This document shows, piece by piece, positions 30,149 to 41,074 of a stretch of DNA of 64,000 nt; position 1 is the stretch's first letter, and each line of letters starts with the position of its first letter. Under the pieces are notes generated by a model. The model was not told the origin of the DNA, did no database searches, and saw only the letters and a program-made list of their open reading frames with translations. Position numbers and translations under genes: made by a program. This DNA comes from an uncultured Gemmatimonadales bacterium (GTDB taxonomy: Bacteria; Gemmatimonadota; Gemmatimonadetes; Longimicrobiales; RSA9), in the NCBI GenBank assembly GCA_963798085.1, contig CAWCRS010000007.1, forward strand, positions 1,248,001 through 1,312,000. The letters run 5' to 3'.

Positions 30149-30856
30149 TCAGCGGGGCAGCGTCGTGCGTTCGGCGACGTAATTGCGGGCAGGAATCTCC
30201 AGCCGCAGGATCCGATCGTCCGAATCGGTCCAGACGTTGCGCGTCTCACCGCCCGGCTCCGTGATCACGAGCTTGCGCGCCTGCACCGGCTGACCCGCGA
30301 CGGTAATCGCCACATTGGGTTGGACCGTGACATCCACGAATGCCTGTTTGCCGGCCCGCGGCAGAATCACCGGTATGTGCACCTCGCCCGCATGGGCGCG
30401 CATGGCGAGCACGAAATACTGGTGCGCCACGGCATCATCGATCACGACTGCGCCTTCACTCACGAGATACTCGCGCATGTTCTCGCCCGCGTTCGACACA
30501 ATGCGGGCGCTGACGCGACGCCCCGTCACCTGGCCGCTCAGCCTGTCACCGCCCCGTCCGCCCACTTCGATCTGGTAGGAAGCAGGACGCAGCGATGCAC
30601 CCGCCAGCTGCACGCTCGAGCGCACATCGCCACCACTGTCGCTCTCCAGCGTGACACGGCCGCGCAGTGTCACCGCGGCGTCCGGTCCGTTGCCGTTGCG
30701 ACTGATGACGAATGTCTCGCTGCCCACTTCACGACCCTGCACCAGCAGCCGGAACGTGCCTTCGTCCAGCGTTGCGGTCTGTGCGCGCACAGCGCGTGGC
30801 GTCGCGACCACAAACAGCATCAGCCCCACGGGAAGCGTGCATAGCAGTCGTCGCAT
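30149..30856 (-). CDS. Exported hypothetical protein (beta-rich)
   Basis: Signal peptide ending AVRA-Q; G..VG.E.F; C-terminal VWTD...RILRLEIP; GC3-rich codons. Confidence 0.7.
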   Translation of the reverse strand: MRRLLCTLPVGLMLFVVATPRAVRAQTATLDEGTFRLLVQGREVGSETFVISRNGNGPDAAVTLRGRVTLESDSGGDVRSSVQLAGASLRPASYQIEVGGRGGDRLSGQVTGRRVSARIVSNAGENMREYLVSEGAVVIDDAVAHQYFVLAMRAHAGEVHIPVILPRAGKQAFVDVTVQPNVAITVAGQPVQARKLVITEPGGETRNVWTDSDDRILRLEIPARNYVAERTTLPR

Positions 30857-31136
30857 CAAGCCCTCTCGGTGGAAAGACCCCACCGGTCTACCCCCCGGGC
30901 GCGAACGTGGTTCGGTCGCGCCAGCGCCGCGCGCATGTTTTCGACAATCGCCACCAGAACCGGCATTCCGTTTACAGATTCAGTACGGATAACCCTGACA
31001 GACCTTCATTTCCGGTCCCTGCCACACTGCTGCCGTATAACCACCCATATGCAACCACATGCCGTCACCTCGTACGGGGCCGGATTCCAGTGCAGCATCA
31101 CCCCGGCCACTCGGCGCACGGCGCGGTGAGTCTGTG

Positions 31137-31898
31137 TCAGAGGGTGTCGGATTCGCCGCTGGACGATGCGAAGACGGCGCGATGGATGGAGTCGAGCATG
31201 CGCTGGTAGATGCGCTGGCCTTTTTCGGCGGTCGCGGCGGTGGCAAAGCCGACCACGCCGCTGCCCTCCGCGGGAGGCGGAGGCAGCCGGCCCTGGCGGT
31301 AGCGCCGCTGCGCCTCGGCATTGGGCTTCACATTGGGCGCGCGATCCATGCGCACCAGGTGAGGGTAGATGTGGAGCATGAGGGAGGTCTCTGCTTCGTC
31401 GGCGTGCAGCGGGCCGGGCTGGTGCTCCAGCAGGTCGGCGATAGCGACATCCCAGAGGGAAACGACGCGTACGCGGGCGGTACGCGTGAGGAGAGTGGCC
31501 AGGGCGTCGAGGTGCGGCTCGTGCCGGTGCGCCGTAAGCAGAATGAACTCCGCGATACCGTGATTCTCCCACGTTGCCAGCAGATCGTTGAGCACGCGGT
31601 GCAGGGTTTTCTGCCGCAGCGTGGCTGTGCCGGCCCAGGCGCGGCCTACGGATACGGCGCTGCCGTAATAGTTGACGCCATAGCTCATTGCAGGTGCGCG
31701 CAGAATCTGGAATGCGGCCGAGAGGTCATCGGCCATGCGCGTGCTGATGAGCGTGTTGGCGCCCAGCGGCAGGTGCGGGCCGTGCTGCTCGAGTGCACCA
31801 ATGGGCATGATCAGGCGGGCGTCGCGGGCCAGATGCGCGGCCACGTCCACCCAGCTCATCTCATCCAGCCGGATCGCACCGGACCGCCTTTCAATCAT
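31137..31898 (-). CDS. Creatininase/creatinine amidohydrolase family protein
   Basis: P.GALEQHGPHLP, HADEAETS, GVVG....ATAEKG. Confidence 0.88.
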   Translation of the reverse strand: MIERRSGAIRLDEMSWVDVAAHLARDARLIMPIGALEQHGPHLPLGANTLISTRMADDLSAAFQILRAPAMSYGVNYYGSAVSVGRAWAGTATLRQKTLHRVLNDLLATWENHGIAEFILLTAHRHEPHLDALATLLTRTARVRVVSLWDVAIADLLEHQPGPLHADEAETSLMLHIYPHLVRMDRAPNVKPNAEAQRRYRQGRLPPPPAEGSGVVGFATAATAEKGQRIYQRMLDSIHRAVFASSSGESDTL

Positions 31899-31906
31899 GC
31901 CGACGG

Positions 31907-34900
31907 ATGCAGACGATGCGAGTGATGGGCCGCACGCGTCCCAACGCGGTGTTCGAGACGGCCGCCTGCGGCGGGGCGGCGCTGGCGGTGCTGCTGCTGC
32001 TGCTGTGGGCGCGGCGGCTGGACCCGGCTCTGCTGGCGATGGGCGCGGTGGTCACGCTGATAACCGCGCTGTTGACGTGGAGGGCGAGGCGCGAACCCGC
32101 GGCGCGGTGGCTGTGGGCCGCGCTGGCGGCGCTGCTCGCGGTGCTCGCGGTGGGCGCATGGGCGCAGAGTGCCTTCCATCGTATCGAGTTCGAGTGGGAC
32201 CAGGTAGCCGCCGAGCGCGACCAGCGCTTGTCCGCCGTGCTGGGCCGTTCGATGGCAGCGTTGACCGAGCGCGGCCGGCGCGCCGCCGAGCTGGCCGCTC
32301 AGCCCGCGCCCAGCGACTCGCTGCTGTTCGCGCGACTGGCAGAAGCAAGAGAACGCGCGGGAGTGGACGCGCTGATGGTCTTCGGTCCCGACGGTGCGCT
32401 GATCGCCTGGGCCGGCGACCACCGCGGCAGAATCCCTGATGCGATCCGTTCCACACCGGGCGAAGCCTATTTCGCCGAGCGTCCGCTGTACAGCTACCTG
32501 TACTTCACGGCGCCCGTCAAGGGCAGCGACCGGCACGCGGTGGCCGCCGTCCTCGTGGAGACGGGCGCACCATTGCGCTCGGGCGCGCCCACACTGAACA
32601 CGACCTTTGCAGCACGCACCAACGTGCCCGCGGTGTTCCGCCCGGGTGCAGGCAGCGGCGCGGGCATCGCGTGGCGCCTCGTCACGCAGGGTGACACCGT
32701 AGTGTACGCCCGCCTCGATCCCGTGACGCAGGCGCAGGAGCGCGCCCGCGTCGAGCTGCAGGCAAGGCGAGGCGCGGTAGCGGCGGCGTTCCTCGCGCTG
32801 CTGCTCGCCTGGATCGGCTGGCTGCGCCGCACGGAAGCGGCCGGGGCGCGCCGCCTCTCGAGTGCGGCGCCGCTCGTCGTGGCCGCCATTGGTTCCGCCA
32901 TCGCGCCCATGGGTGCCGTGCTGGGCATGGAGGATCGCGCCGCCGCGCTCGCGTTCCTGCTGCCGGTGCCAGGCGTCTCACTGGGCGATCTGCTGGCCGT
33001 CATCATCGCGGGCGCGGCGCTTGGCGCAACCCTGCGTGCGCCGCGCGCGGATCGCCGAACCTGGCCCATCGCGCTGGTCCTGGTCTCCGCCGGACTCAGC
33101 GCGCTCTACGCACTCACGCTGCAGGCGGTGATCGCAGCCACCGCGCCGTCGTTCCAGGAAAACGGTTCGGCGCTCTGGCTGGGACTGCAGATCGCGGCGA
33201 CGCTGCTGCTCACACTTTTCACCGCCACGCTCATGCCTCGCCGGCGGGAAGCTCAAGTCGATGACGATGGCAGGGTACGCATCGGCTGGCTGGTGGCTTC
33301 GCTGGCACTGGGCGCCGCGCTGGGCGCCGCCGTGCAGGCGCACACCTATGCGCAGCGCGCAGCGGCACCGGTGCTGGCCGCGCTCTGGGTCGCTCCACTG
33401 GTGCTTCTGGCCGTGGCGACGGCGGACGCGCGCGGGCCGGGCCAGCGACTCACGCGCTGGGTCGCCGCGGGCGCGCTCGCCGCCACGGCGGTGCTGCCGC
33501 AGCTGTGGGGCGCGAACGTGAACGCTCGGTTGCGCGCGGCAGAGCACGAGCTGGACACGTTCGGTCAGGACCCGCCCACGGTGGTGAATTTCATGCTGGA
33601 ACGCTTCAGCCGCGAAGCGCTGGCCCGTTCCGCCGCGGGCGAGGACGGGCTGCAGCTGCTGTATCGCAGCTGGGTGGCGAGCGGACTCGCGCAGGAGCCG
33701 TACGGCGTGCGCATCACGCTGTGGCGAGGCCAGCGCGTGCAGCAGGAGTTGAGCCTGGGCGGAGCCGAGGGCTCGGACAGCACCAACGCGCTGATGCGCC
33801 AGCTGATCGCAGAGACATCTCGACTCGACGGCCCGCGCGCCAACAGCATTCCCGGATTTCCCACGGCCAGCTCACTGCTCACCGTGCCGCTGGATTCCGA
33901 ACGCGTCATTTCGGTCAGCGTTGAACCTCGTCGCACACTGCAGCGCACCGGCATTGTCGCGTCCTTCTTCGGGCGCACGACGGACGGCAGTGCGAGCGTG
34001 GCGCTGGTGTCCGCGCCGGACGTGAAATCGGCTGGCGAAACACGCTGGCTCATGAGCGCGGACGGCTGGCGCAGCGAGGCCAAGAAGAAGTATCCGGACG
34101 GCTGGTATCACGCGCACATGGAAGTGCGCTTCGCGCGGCTCGACATGAGACTGGCGCGGGCGACACTGCTCGTCACGCTCGACGTCGCGCTGCTGGCGCT
34201 GCTGTGGCTTCTGGGCCACGTGGCGCGCGGCCTGCCGGTCGTCGATGGCGGCGCACTGCGCAACTGGCTGAGCAGCTTCCGCGCGCGCATCACGTTCGCG
34301 CTCTTTCTCTTCTTCCTGGTGCCCACAGTCGTGTTCGGCCTGGTTGCGTACCGCGGCATCTCGGCGGTCGTGGTGGAGGCGGCGGGCACGGTTGCGGATC
34401 GCGCCGCACGCCAGGCCGTGCTCGAAATGCTGCAATCCAACCGCAACCTGCGGGAGTTGTCCGTACACGCGGGCGCCGATGTGCTGCGTTATCTGGGCGG
34501 CGAGCTGATCGACGCCTCGTCACCCGAAGGCATGGAGCTGGGAATCTACGGGGCCTGGCTGCCGCCGGCCGGTTATCGCGCGCTGGAGAGCAACGAAGAA
34601 ACGTCGGTGCGCGAGATCACACATCTCGAGCGACAGTCGTTCCTCACCGCGTACCATTCCATGCGGCCCTCGGGCACGCTGGGGGTGCCGGTGGCACTGT
34701 CGGTGGGCGACACGGCCACGCGCCAGCGCGATGTGCGGGATCTTACGCTGCTGGCGGCCGTGCTCGGCCTGCTGCTATCAGCAGTGTTATCAGTGGCCGT
34801 GGGCAGGCAGCTGGCGGGACCTATTGGCCAGCTGCGGCGCGCGGCGGCGGCGGTGGGCGCGGGTCGCCTCAGCGTGCGCCTGCCGGAGCCGGGGGGCGAG

Positions 34901-35692
34901 TTCGGTCTGCTCTTCGCCTCCTTCAACCGCATGGTGCGGCGGCTGCGCCGGGCGCGCGTGCAGGAAGTACGCACCGCCCGCGTGCTGGCGTGGGGTGAGA
35001 TGGCGCAGCAGATCGCGCACGAGATCAAGAATCCGCTGACACCCATCAAACTGGCGGTGCAGCATCTGCGCCGTGCCTACGGGGACCGCCGCTCCGATTT
35101 TGGCGAAATCCTGGACGAGAACGTCGACAACGTGCTCACCGAGATCGGCCGGCTGACCGAGATTGCGCGCGCCTTTTCGCGCTACGGCGCGCCCACGCCG
35201 CAGGCCGGGCCGCTGCGCCACGTGGATGTGGGCGCCGTGGTGCATGAGACGCTCACGCTGTACCGCGCCGGCGACTCGGCTGTGCACTGGGACGAGGAGC
35301 TGGATCCGGGGCTGCCGCCCGGCCGGGCGCGCGCCGGCGAGCTGCGTGAAGTGCTCATGAATCTGCTGGAGAATGCGCGCGATGCGGTGGGCGCGGATGG
35401 CAACGTCACGGTGTCCGCACAGCGCGTGGATGGGCGCATCGAACTGCATGTGGCCGATGACGGGCCGGGCATTCCGGCCGAGCTGCTGCCGCGCATCTTC
35501 GATCCGCACTTCTCCACGCGCTCCAGCGGTACCGGCCTGGGCCTCGCCATTGTCAGGCGACTGGTGGAGAGCTGGGGCGGCAGTGTGAGCGTGGACAGCC
35601 GGCCGGGTGAAGGCACGCGCTTCACCGTGCGCATTGCGGCCAGCGACGACGCCGCTGCAACGCACCACGGCGAGAGGCCGGACGCGCACTGA
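31907..35692 (+). CDS. Large multi-TM sensor histidine kinase, NtrY-like (HAMP-HisKA-HATPase); exact start uncertain
   Basis: Many hydrophobic helices; GEFG.L..SFN.M; WGEMAQQIAHEIKNPLTPI; NLLENA, DDGPG, F.P.FST, GTGLGL. Confidence 0.9.
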   Translation: MQTMRVMGRTRPNAVFETAACGGAALAVLLLLLWARRLDPALLAMGAVVTLITALLTWRARREPAARWLWAALAALLAVLAVGAWAQSAFHRIEFEWDQVAAERDQRLSAVLGRSMAALTERGRRAAELAAQPAPSDSLLFARLAEARERAGVDALMVFGPDGALIAWAGDHRGRIPDAIRSTPGEAYFAERPLYSYLYFTAPVKGSDRHAVAAVLVETGAPLRSGAPTLNTTFAARTNVPAVFRPGAGSGAGIAWRLVTQGDTVVYARLDPVTQAQERARVELQARRGAVAAAFLALLLAWIGWLRRTEAAGARRLSSAAPLVVAAIGSAIAPMGAVLGMEDRAAALAFLLPVPGVSLGDLLAVIIAGAALGATLRAPRADRRTWPIALVLVSAGLSALYALTLQAVIAATAPSFQENGSALWLGLQIAATLLLTLFTATLMPRRREAQVDDDGRVRIGWLVASLALGAALGAAVQAHTYAQRAAAPVLAALWVAPLVLLAVATADARGPGQRLTRWVAAGALAATAVLPQLWGANVNARLRAAEHELDTFGQDPPTVVNFMLERFSREALARSAAGEDGLQLLYRSWVASGLAQEPYGVRITLWRGQRVQQELSLGGAEGSDSTNALMRQLIAETSRLDGPRANSIPGFPTASSLLTVPLDSERVISVSVEPRRTLQRTGIVASFFGRTTDGSASVALVSAPDVKSAGETRWLMSADGWRSEAKKKYPDGWYHAHMEVRFARLDMRLARATLLVTLDVALLALLWLLGHVARGLPVVDGGALRNWLSSFRARITFALFLFFLVPTVVFGLVAYRGISAVVVEAAGTVADRAARQAVLEMLQSNRNLRELSVHAGADVLRYLGGELIDASSPEGMELGIYGAWLPPAGYRALESNEETSVREITHLERQSFLTAYHSMRPSGTLGVPVALSVGDTATRQRDVRDLTLLAAVLGLLLSAVLSVAVGRQLAGPIGQLRRAAAAVGAGRLSVRLPEPGGEFGLLFASFNRMVRRLRRARVQEVRTARVLAWGEMAQQIAHEIKNPLTPIKLAVQHLRRAYGDRRSDFGEILDENVDNVLTEIGRLTEIARAFSRYGAPTPQAGPLRHVDVGAVVHETLTLYRAGDSAVHWDEELDPGLPPGRARAGELREVLMNLLENARDAVGADGNVTVSAQRVDGRIELHVADDGPGIPAELLPRIFDPHFSTRSSGTGLGLAIVRRLVESWGGSVSVDSRPGEGTRFTVRIAASDDAAATHHGERPDAH

Positions 35693-35779
35693 ACGCGGAC
35701 GGCGCGCCGGGAACCCGACGCGCCATCGTCGCCTGCATTCTGACCGGCTGTTAGTGAGGCAGCGCCGGGCGCAACCCGC

Positions 35780-37271
35780 TCAGCGCATGCGGTAGTTGAA
35801 AATGGTGGGCGCGGCGTCCGGGCCGACATTGAGGACCACCACCGACACGATCTGGCCGGGCTTCAAGCCATCGGCGATCTTCTCCACATCCTTGACGGAG
35901 TGCACGTCCTGCCCGTTGATGGACACCAGCACGATGTTAGGACCCGAGGGCAGCTGTGCCTCGTAGGCCGGGCCGAAGGGGTCGACCGCCGAGATGGCGA
36001 GGGTGGCCTCGGTCTCCAGGCCGACCTTGACCGCGGCATCGCGCGGCGCAGGCAGCACGGAGAAGCCCATGCGCTCCACGCCGCTTACCTTCGGCGGGGA
36101 AGCGGCCGCGACTTTCTTGGCACCGGATTCGAACTCTTCGGTAAGCGTGATCGTCTTCTCGAGGGACTGACCGTAGCGGATGATGCCGAGGCGGATCTTG
36201 TCGCCCGTCTTGAGCCGGGCCACGTGATCCTGCAGCTCGGTGACACCGCCAATGGCCTGGCCATTCAACGCGACCACGACATCGCCCATGTGCAGGCCGG
36301 CCTTGTCGGCCGACATCCCCGGTGACACGGAAGAGATTTCGGCGCCCGAGATGCTGGGCAGCTTGTACAACTCCGCATCTGCCGAATTCACGTCCTGGAT
36401 GCTGACTCCGAGTCGCGGCCGGTGCACGGCGCCGTACTGGATCAGGTCATCCGCGACCTTGCGCGCCAGGTTGATGGGAATGGCGAATCCGGCGCCGCTG
36501 AAGAAACCGGTGGTGGTCTCAATGGCGCCGTTCACGCCCACGACGCGACCCAGCAGATCCACGAGAGGCCCGCCCGAATTGCCGGGATTGATGGCGGCAT
36601 CGGTCTGGATGAAGGCTTCCAGCGAATTCTGGCTGGCGCTGGTGCGCAGGATGTTGAGGTTGCGCCCCTTGGCGCTGACGATGCCGGCCGTGACCGTGAA
36701 ATTGAGATCGAGCGGATTGCCCAGCGCCAGCACCCAGTCGCCCACGCGCAGCGAGTCCGAGTCGCCGAACGAGATGGGATCCAGCGTGCCCAAGCGCGAT
36801 GGGTCGACGCGGATCACGCCGATATCGGTGTTAGGATCGGAAGCGACGACCTGCGCTTCGTACTCCCGGCCATTCGGAGAGCACCACCGAGACGCGCTCG
36901 GCGCCGGCAATCACGTGATCGTTGGTCATGATGTGGCCATCGCGATCCATCACGAAGCCGGAACCGGTACCGCGCGTGCGTCGCTCGGGATCGACGGGAT
37001 GGTTCGGCGGCAGGCCACGCATGCGGCTGTCCATGCGCGCGGTCACGCTCACACGCACGACGGACGAGAGCGCGCGCGCAGCCGCGGCGCGGAAGGCATT
37101 GGACAACGCAAAGGCGGTCGCGGTGTCCACGGGCAGCGGGCTCTGCACCTGGCGCGCATCCATGCGCGTCGGGCGTGTCTGCGCCGAAGCCGAGTCGCCA
37201 TCACTGCAGGCGACGAAACCGATCACCAGCGTGGCGATGAGCGCCGCACGCGTCGAATTCCTGCGGACCAT
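35780..37271 (-). CDS. degP: HtrA/DegP-family serine protease with PDZ domains, predicted lipoprotein (frameshift near 36873)
   Basis: Lipobox-like [34 protein letters not shown]; two PDZ-like regions. Confidence 0.9.
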
Positions 37272-37372
37272 GTTGTTCTCCTCGATGCGATCGACGGCTG
37301 CGGCCCGATGGGGCCCATGCGTCTGATCCTGTCTCTGCTGCGGCGCGCCCGCGCACGGCAGGCGTACGGCTC

Positions 37373-37398
37373 AACGATACGCGCACGACCGCGTTTCC
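37373..37398 (-). promoter_or_regulatory. Putative ECF-sigma promoter for degP
   Basis: Minus strand GGAAAC-16 nt-CGTT, about 100 nt upstream of the start codon. Confidence 0.55.
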
Positions 37399-37753
37399 CG
37401 TAACCCCCGCCGGTGCAGAAGCCGGTTCGGACGGGGCGATTCGTGCCGCAGCCGGCAGCCCCGTGCCCAGGCGCTCTGCCTGCGCCCGCAATGTCGCGCC
37501 TCCCACTCCAGCACTCGCCCTGCGGACCACCCGCCGGATCGCGCTGCCAGCGATGGAACGCCAAACCCTGATATCAGACTCGACCGCCGCACCCCCGCGC
37601 AGCACACATCGGCGCGACGAAGCATTCCCTCGCCCCGGGCAGAACGGCACACTGACCACGCCGCTAGCCCTCGGGTGCGCGCCGGGAGAGAGCCTGCGCG
37701 CTTGCGGGCTGCGGCAATGACCGGCGCAACGGAAGAGCAGTGGAGGGAGCGAC

Positions 37754-39298
37754 GTGCTGGCGCAGGTCCTGAGCGGTTCGGTGCTGGGCGTGGACGCGTT
37801 TCTGGTGCGCGTCGAGGTGGACCTCGCCGCGGGTCTCCCTTCCATGACTGTCGTGGGATTGCCGGAGAGTTCCGTCCGCGAGGGACGGGAGCGCGTGACC
37901 GCGGCCCTCAGCAACGCGGGCTTCCCGATTCCGCCGAAGAGGATCACGGTCAATCTCGCCCCTGCCGACGTGCGGAAGGACGGGAGCGCGTTCGATCTGC
38001 CCCTGGCCGTGACCCTGCTGGCCGCCACGGGCCTGCTCCCCGCCGCGAGCCTGGCCGGGCTGTGCCTGGTGGGCGAGCTGGGTCTGGACGGTGAGGTGCG
38101 CCCGGTGCGGGGCGCGCTTCCGCTGGCGGTCTGCTGTCGTGACGCGGGCGTGCGCGCGCTGGTCGTGCCCGCGGCCAACGCGCGCGAGGCGGCGCTGGTG
38201 CGCGGCCTGTGCGTGCTGCGCGCCGCCAGCATTGCACAAGTGGTGGCGCACCTGCGTGGTAATGCAGTGTTAGAGGAGGCAGGCGACGATGGGCCGGTCA
38301 CGTCTGCCGCGCCGCCGGAGAGTGTTCTCGATTACGCCGATGTGAAGGGCCAGGAACACGCCAAGCGGGCGCTCGAGATCGCGGCCGCGGGGCAGCACAA
38401 CGTGCTGCTCGTGGGGCCGCCCGGCTCGGGCAAGTCGATGCTGGCGAGGCGGCTCTCCAGCATCCTGCCGCCCCTGACGCGCGAGGAAGCCATCGAAGTC
38501 ACCAAGGTGTACTCGGTCGCAGGGCGGCTGCGGGCCGGGCAGGGGCTGGTGACCACGCGACCCTTCCGCGCGCCACACCACACGGTATCGGATGCCGGGC
38601 TGGTGGGTGGTGGCGCGCTGCCCCGGCCGGGCGAGGCGTCGCTGGCGCACCACGGTGTGCTGTTCCTGGACGAGCTGCCGGAATTCCGGCGACACGTGCT
38701 GGAAGCGATGCGCCAGCCCATCGAGGAGGGCTCGGTGAGCCTGGGTCGCGCACGCCACGCCATCACCTATCCCGCGCGCTTCATGCTCGTGGCGGCAATG
38801 AACCCGTGCCCCTGTGGCTTCTACGGCGGGGCGGCGGCGCAGTGCATCTGCCACGCGGGCGCGATCCAGCGCTATCGCGCGCGCCTTTCGGGACCGCTGC
38901 TGGATCGCATCGATCTGCACGTGGAAGTGCCGGCACTGCGCGAGAAACAGCTGACGGATGAGCGGCGGGGCGAAACGAGCGCGACCATGCGGGCGCGTGT
39001 GGTCGAGGCGAGAGCCCGGCAGCTGACGCGCTTCCGCGAACGGCCCGGCATCTTCGCTAACGCGCAGATGGGACCGCAGGAGATCCGCCTGCACTGCGCG
39101 ATCGATACAGCCAGCGAGGCGCTGCTGCACGCAGCAATACGCAAACTCGGTCTCTCGGCGCGCGCCTATCACCGCGTGCTGCGGCTGGCGCGCACCATTG
39201 CGGATCTGCAGGGCGAAGCGGCGCTCACAGCGGCACACCTGGCGGAGGCGATACAGTACCGGTCGCTGGACCGGCGCGGGTCGGGCGTGCCGGCATAG
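37754..39298 (+). CDS. comM: YifB/ComM Mg-chelatase-like AAA+ ATPase
   Basis: ITVNLAPAD.RK.G..FDL, GPPGSGKSM, PFRAPHH, LFLDELPEF, MNPCPCG, SGPLLDRID. Confidence 0.95.
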   Translation: MLAQVLSGSVLGVDAFLVRVEVDLAAGLPSMTVVGLPESSVREGRERVTAALSNAGFPIPPKRITVNLAPADVRKDGSAFDLPLAVTLLAATGLLPAASLAGLCLVGELGLDGEVRPVRGALPLAVCCRDAGVRALVVPAANAREAALVRGLCVLRAASIAQVVAHLRGNAVLEEAGDDGPVTSAAPPESVLDYADVKGQEHAKRALEIAAAGQHNVLLVGPPGSGKSMLARRLSSILPPLTREEAIEVTKVYSVAGRLRAGQGLVTTRPFRAPHHTVSDAGLVGGGALPRPGEASLAHHGVLFLDELPEFRRHVLEAMRQPIEEGSVSLGRARHAITYPARFMLVAAMNPCPCGFYGGAAAQCICHAGAIQRYRARLSGPLLDRIDLHVEVPALREKQLTDERRGETSATMRARVVEARARQLTRFRERPGIFANAQMGPQEIRLHCAIDTASEALLHAAIRKLGLSARAYHRVLRLARTIADLQGEAALTAAHLAEAIQYRSLDRRGSGVPA

Positions 39299-39392
39299 CA
39301 GGCGGCGGACGCGCCTGCAACGGGCGCAACGCCGCGGGTACGGTTGGCCAGGCGACGACACCAGCGACGATTCCACCCTCGTACCGGCTCAG

Positions 39393-39500
39393 CTGGCCGA
39401 CTGGCAGCAATTTCCCGACGACGGACGCGCGTACGAGATCATCGATGAACAGCTTTTCGTGTCGCCGGCGCCGACCATCCGACACCAGCGCATCTCGCGA
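39393..39500 (+). pseudogene. Fragment of a Uma2-family endonuclease gene
   Basis: LADWQQFPDDGRAYEIIDEQLFVSPAPTIRHQRIS is the typical Uma2 N-terminus; no start codon nearby and no downstream PD..VEV.S core. Confidence 0.7.
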
Positions 39501-39631
39501 CCGTTGCGGGCCTGCGGCGCGTCGGGCGGGGTGGCGCAATCACGTCCCCCTGTTCCCATAGGCAGCGCGCAACGCATGCAGGGTGGTTCGTGTCCGACGT
39601 TGCAGCGAACCCGGACGAGCACGAGGTGGGC

Positions 39632-40707
39632 ATGCGCTGGTACAGGGCGGCTGTGGCGATTGTGTGCGGCGCACTGCCGGCGGCGCCAGCTCGGGCGCAG
39701 ACAGCGCCAACGGCGCCGCAGCTGCAGAAACTGACGCGCTTCGGCTGCGCAACCGCGCAGGACCGGAGCAGTTCGCGTCCATTACGGATGTGGGCATAAC
39801 GGGCGATGGCCGCATCTGGGTGCTCGATGGCGCGGCACCGCACGTGCGCGTGTTCGACGCAGGGGGCAGGTCGGTGCGCGCGTTTGGTCGGGATGGCCGC
39901 GGACCGGACGAATTCGTGGCGCCCGAGTCCCTCGGCGTGTTGCGCAATGGCGGCGTGGAAATACTGGACGTGCGCACCATGCGCCGCACGCTGATCGACT
40001 CGGCCGGTCACAGCACAGGCGACGCGCCGCTGACGGATTTCCCCATCCATGTCGGAACCGCTCTCGACGACGGTCTGACGATCCTGGCCACGACGGACTT
40101 CCGCTCACCCACGCTCGCGGTGAAACGCTGGCCGGCCGGCGGAGCGATGCAGGGGCTGCTGCGCTTCACACCGGACTTCCCGCGCTCCGAAAAGGATGCG
40201 CCCTCGCAGTTCGTGGCCCTGGCAAGTGCGCCCAACGGCACGTTTGCGGTGGGCGATGGCACGGGCACATACCACATTCGCATCTACGATCGCGATGGCA
40301 AACCGGTACGCGACATCGAGCGCAGGATCCAGCGCGTGAGACGTACGAAGGCGGAAATCGACGCGGAGCAGCAGCGTCGCGATCGCATGAGCTCACGGAT
40401 GGCGCAGATGGCCAGGGCGGAAGGCGCGCGCGCACGCCCCGCGCTGCCGCCCGTTCCGGAACTGAAGACGCATTTCCTCGTTGACGCGCTGCGCTACGAT
40501 GCGCAGGGTCGTCTCTGGGTGCGCACCGAGCGCGGCGGCATGCACGAGACCCTCTTCAATGTGTTCGACGCCGGCGGCAGATTCCTGGGCGAGACGCGCA
40601 TCCCCGAGCGCATGGGCAGCTACGCGATCGGCAACGGACTGCTCGCAGGCGTGGTGTGGGATGAGAGTGATGTCGAGTACATCGGGGTCTATCGGGTTGG
40701 TGGGTGA
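39632..40707 (+). CDS. Exported 6-bladed beta-propeller (NHL-like) protein; frameshift near 39754
   Basis: Signal peptide MRWYRAAV..ARA-Q with GAGG RBS; repeats GRIWVLD..VRVFD..G....FGR.G.GP.EF and YDAQGRLWV. Confidence 0.78.
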
Positions 40708-40722
40708 GAGTACCGGATCGCC

Positions 40723-40757
40723 GATGCTGGGGCCGGGGCTTGGGCTGGTTGCTGGGC
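40723..40757 (+). repeat. Degenerate tandem copies of the GGTTGCTGGGGCT unit
   Basis: gatgctggggccg-gggcttgggctg-gttgctgggc, starting 16 nt after the stop at 40707. Confidence 0.6.
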
Positions 40758-41074
40758 AACGGATACGGCAGGGCCTGCTGACGTGCGCAGGCGCGGTCCG
40801 CGTACCTCGTTGCGCGGCCGCCGTGGCTCCTTGCCTGAGCAGATCGACGGCATTCCGTCCCTCCCATGTTGAGTATCCGTCCTCGCAACCTCCGAACCAC
40901 CGTACCCGCCGTGTGCTGCTGCCGTGAATTCGTCTGCGTCACCCCGCGAGTCCGCTGGCCACGCGATCACGTGCGCCCGGCGCATCCGTGGATGCGTGTG
41001 TCGCTGGCCTCCGATCCTCTCGCGGTACCTCGGCGTCTTGCGCGAGCGCCAGCGAGCGCCCCACGATCCCGGGC

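Noticed and set aside
31049..31064. Sigma54 promoter on the minus strand (CGGCATGTGGTTGCA)
   Set aside because: The GG-to-GC spacing is 9 nt rather than the required 10; unsupported unless an indel is shown
40760..41074. Short ORFs between the beta-propeller gene and DUF488
   Set aside because: No motif, RBS or codon pattern supports any of them
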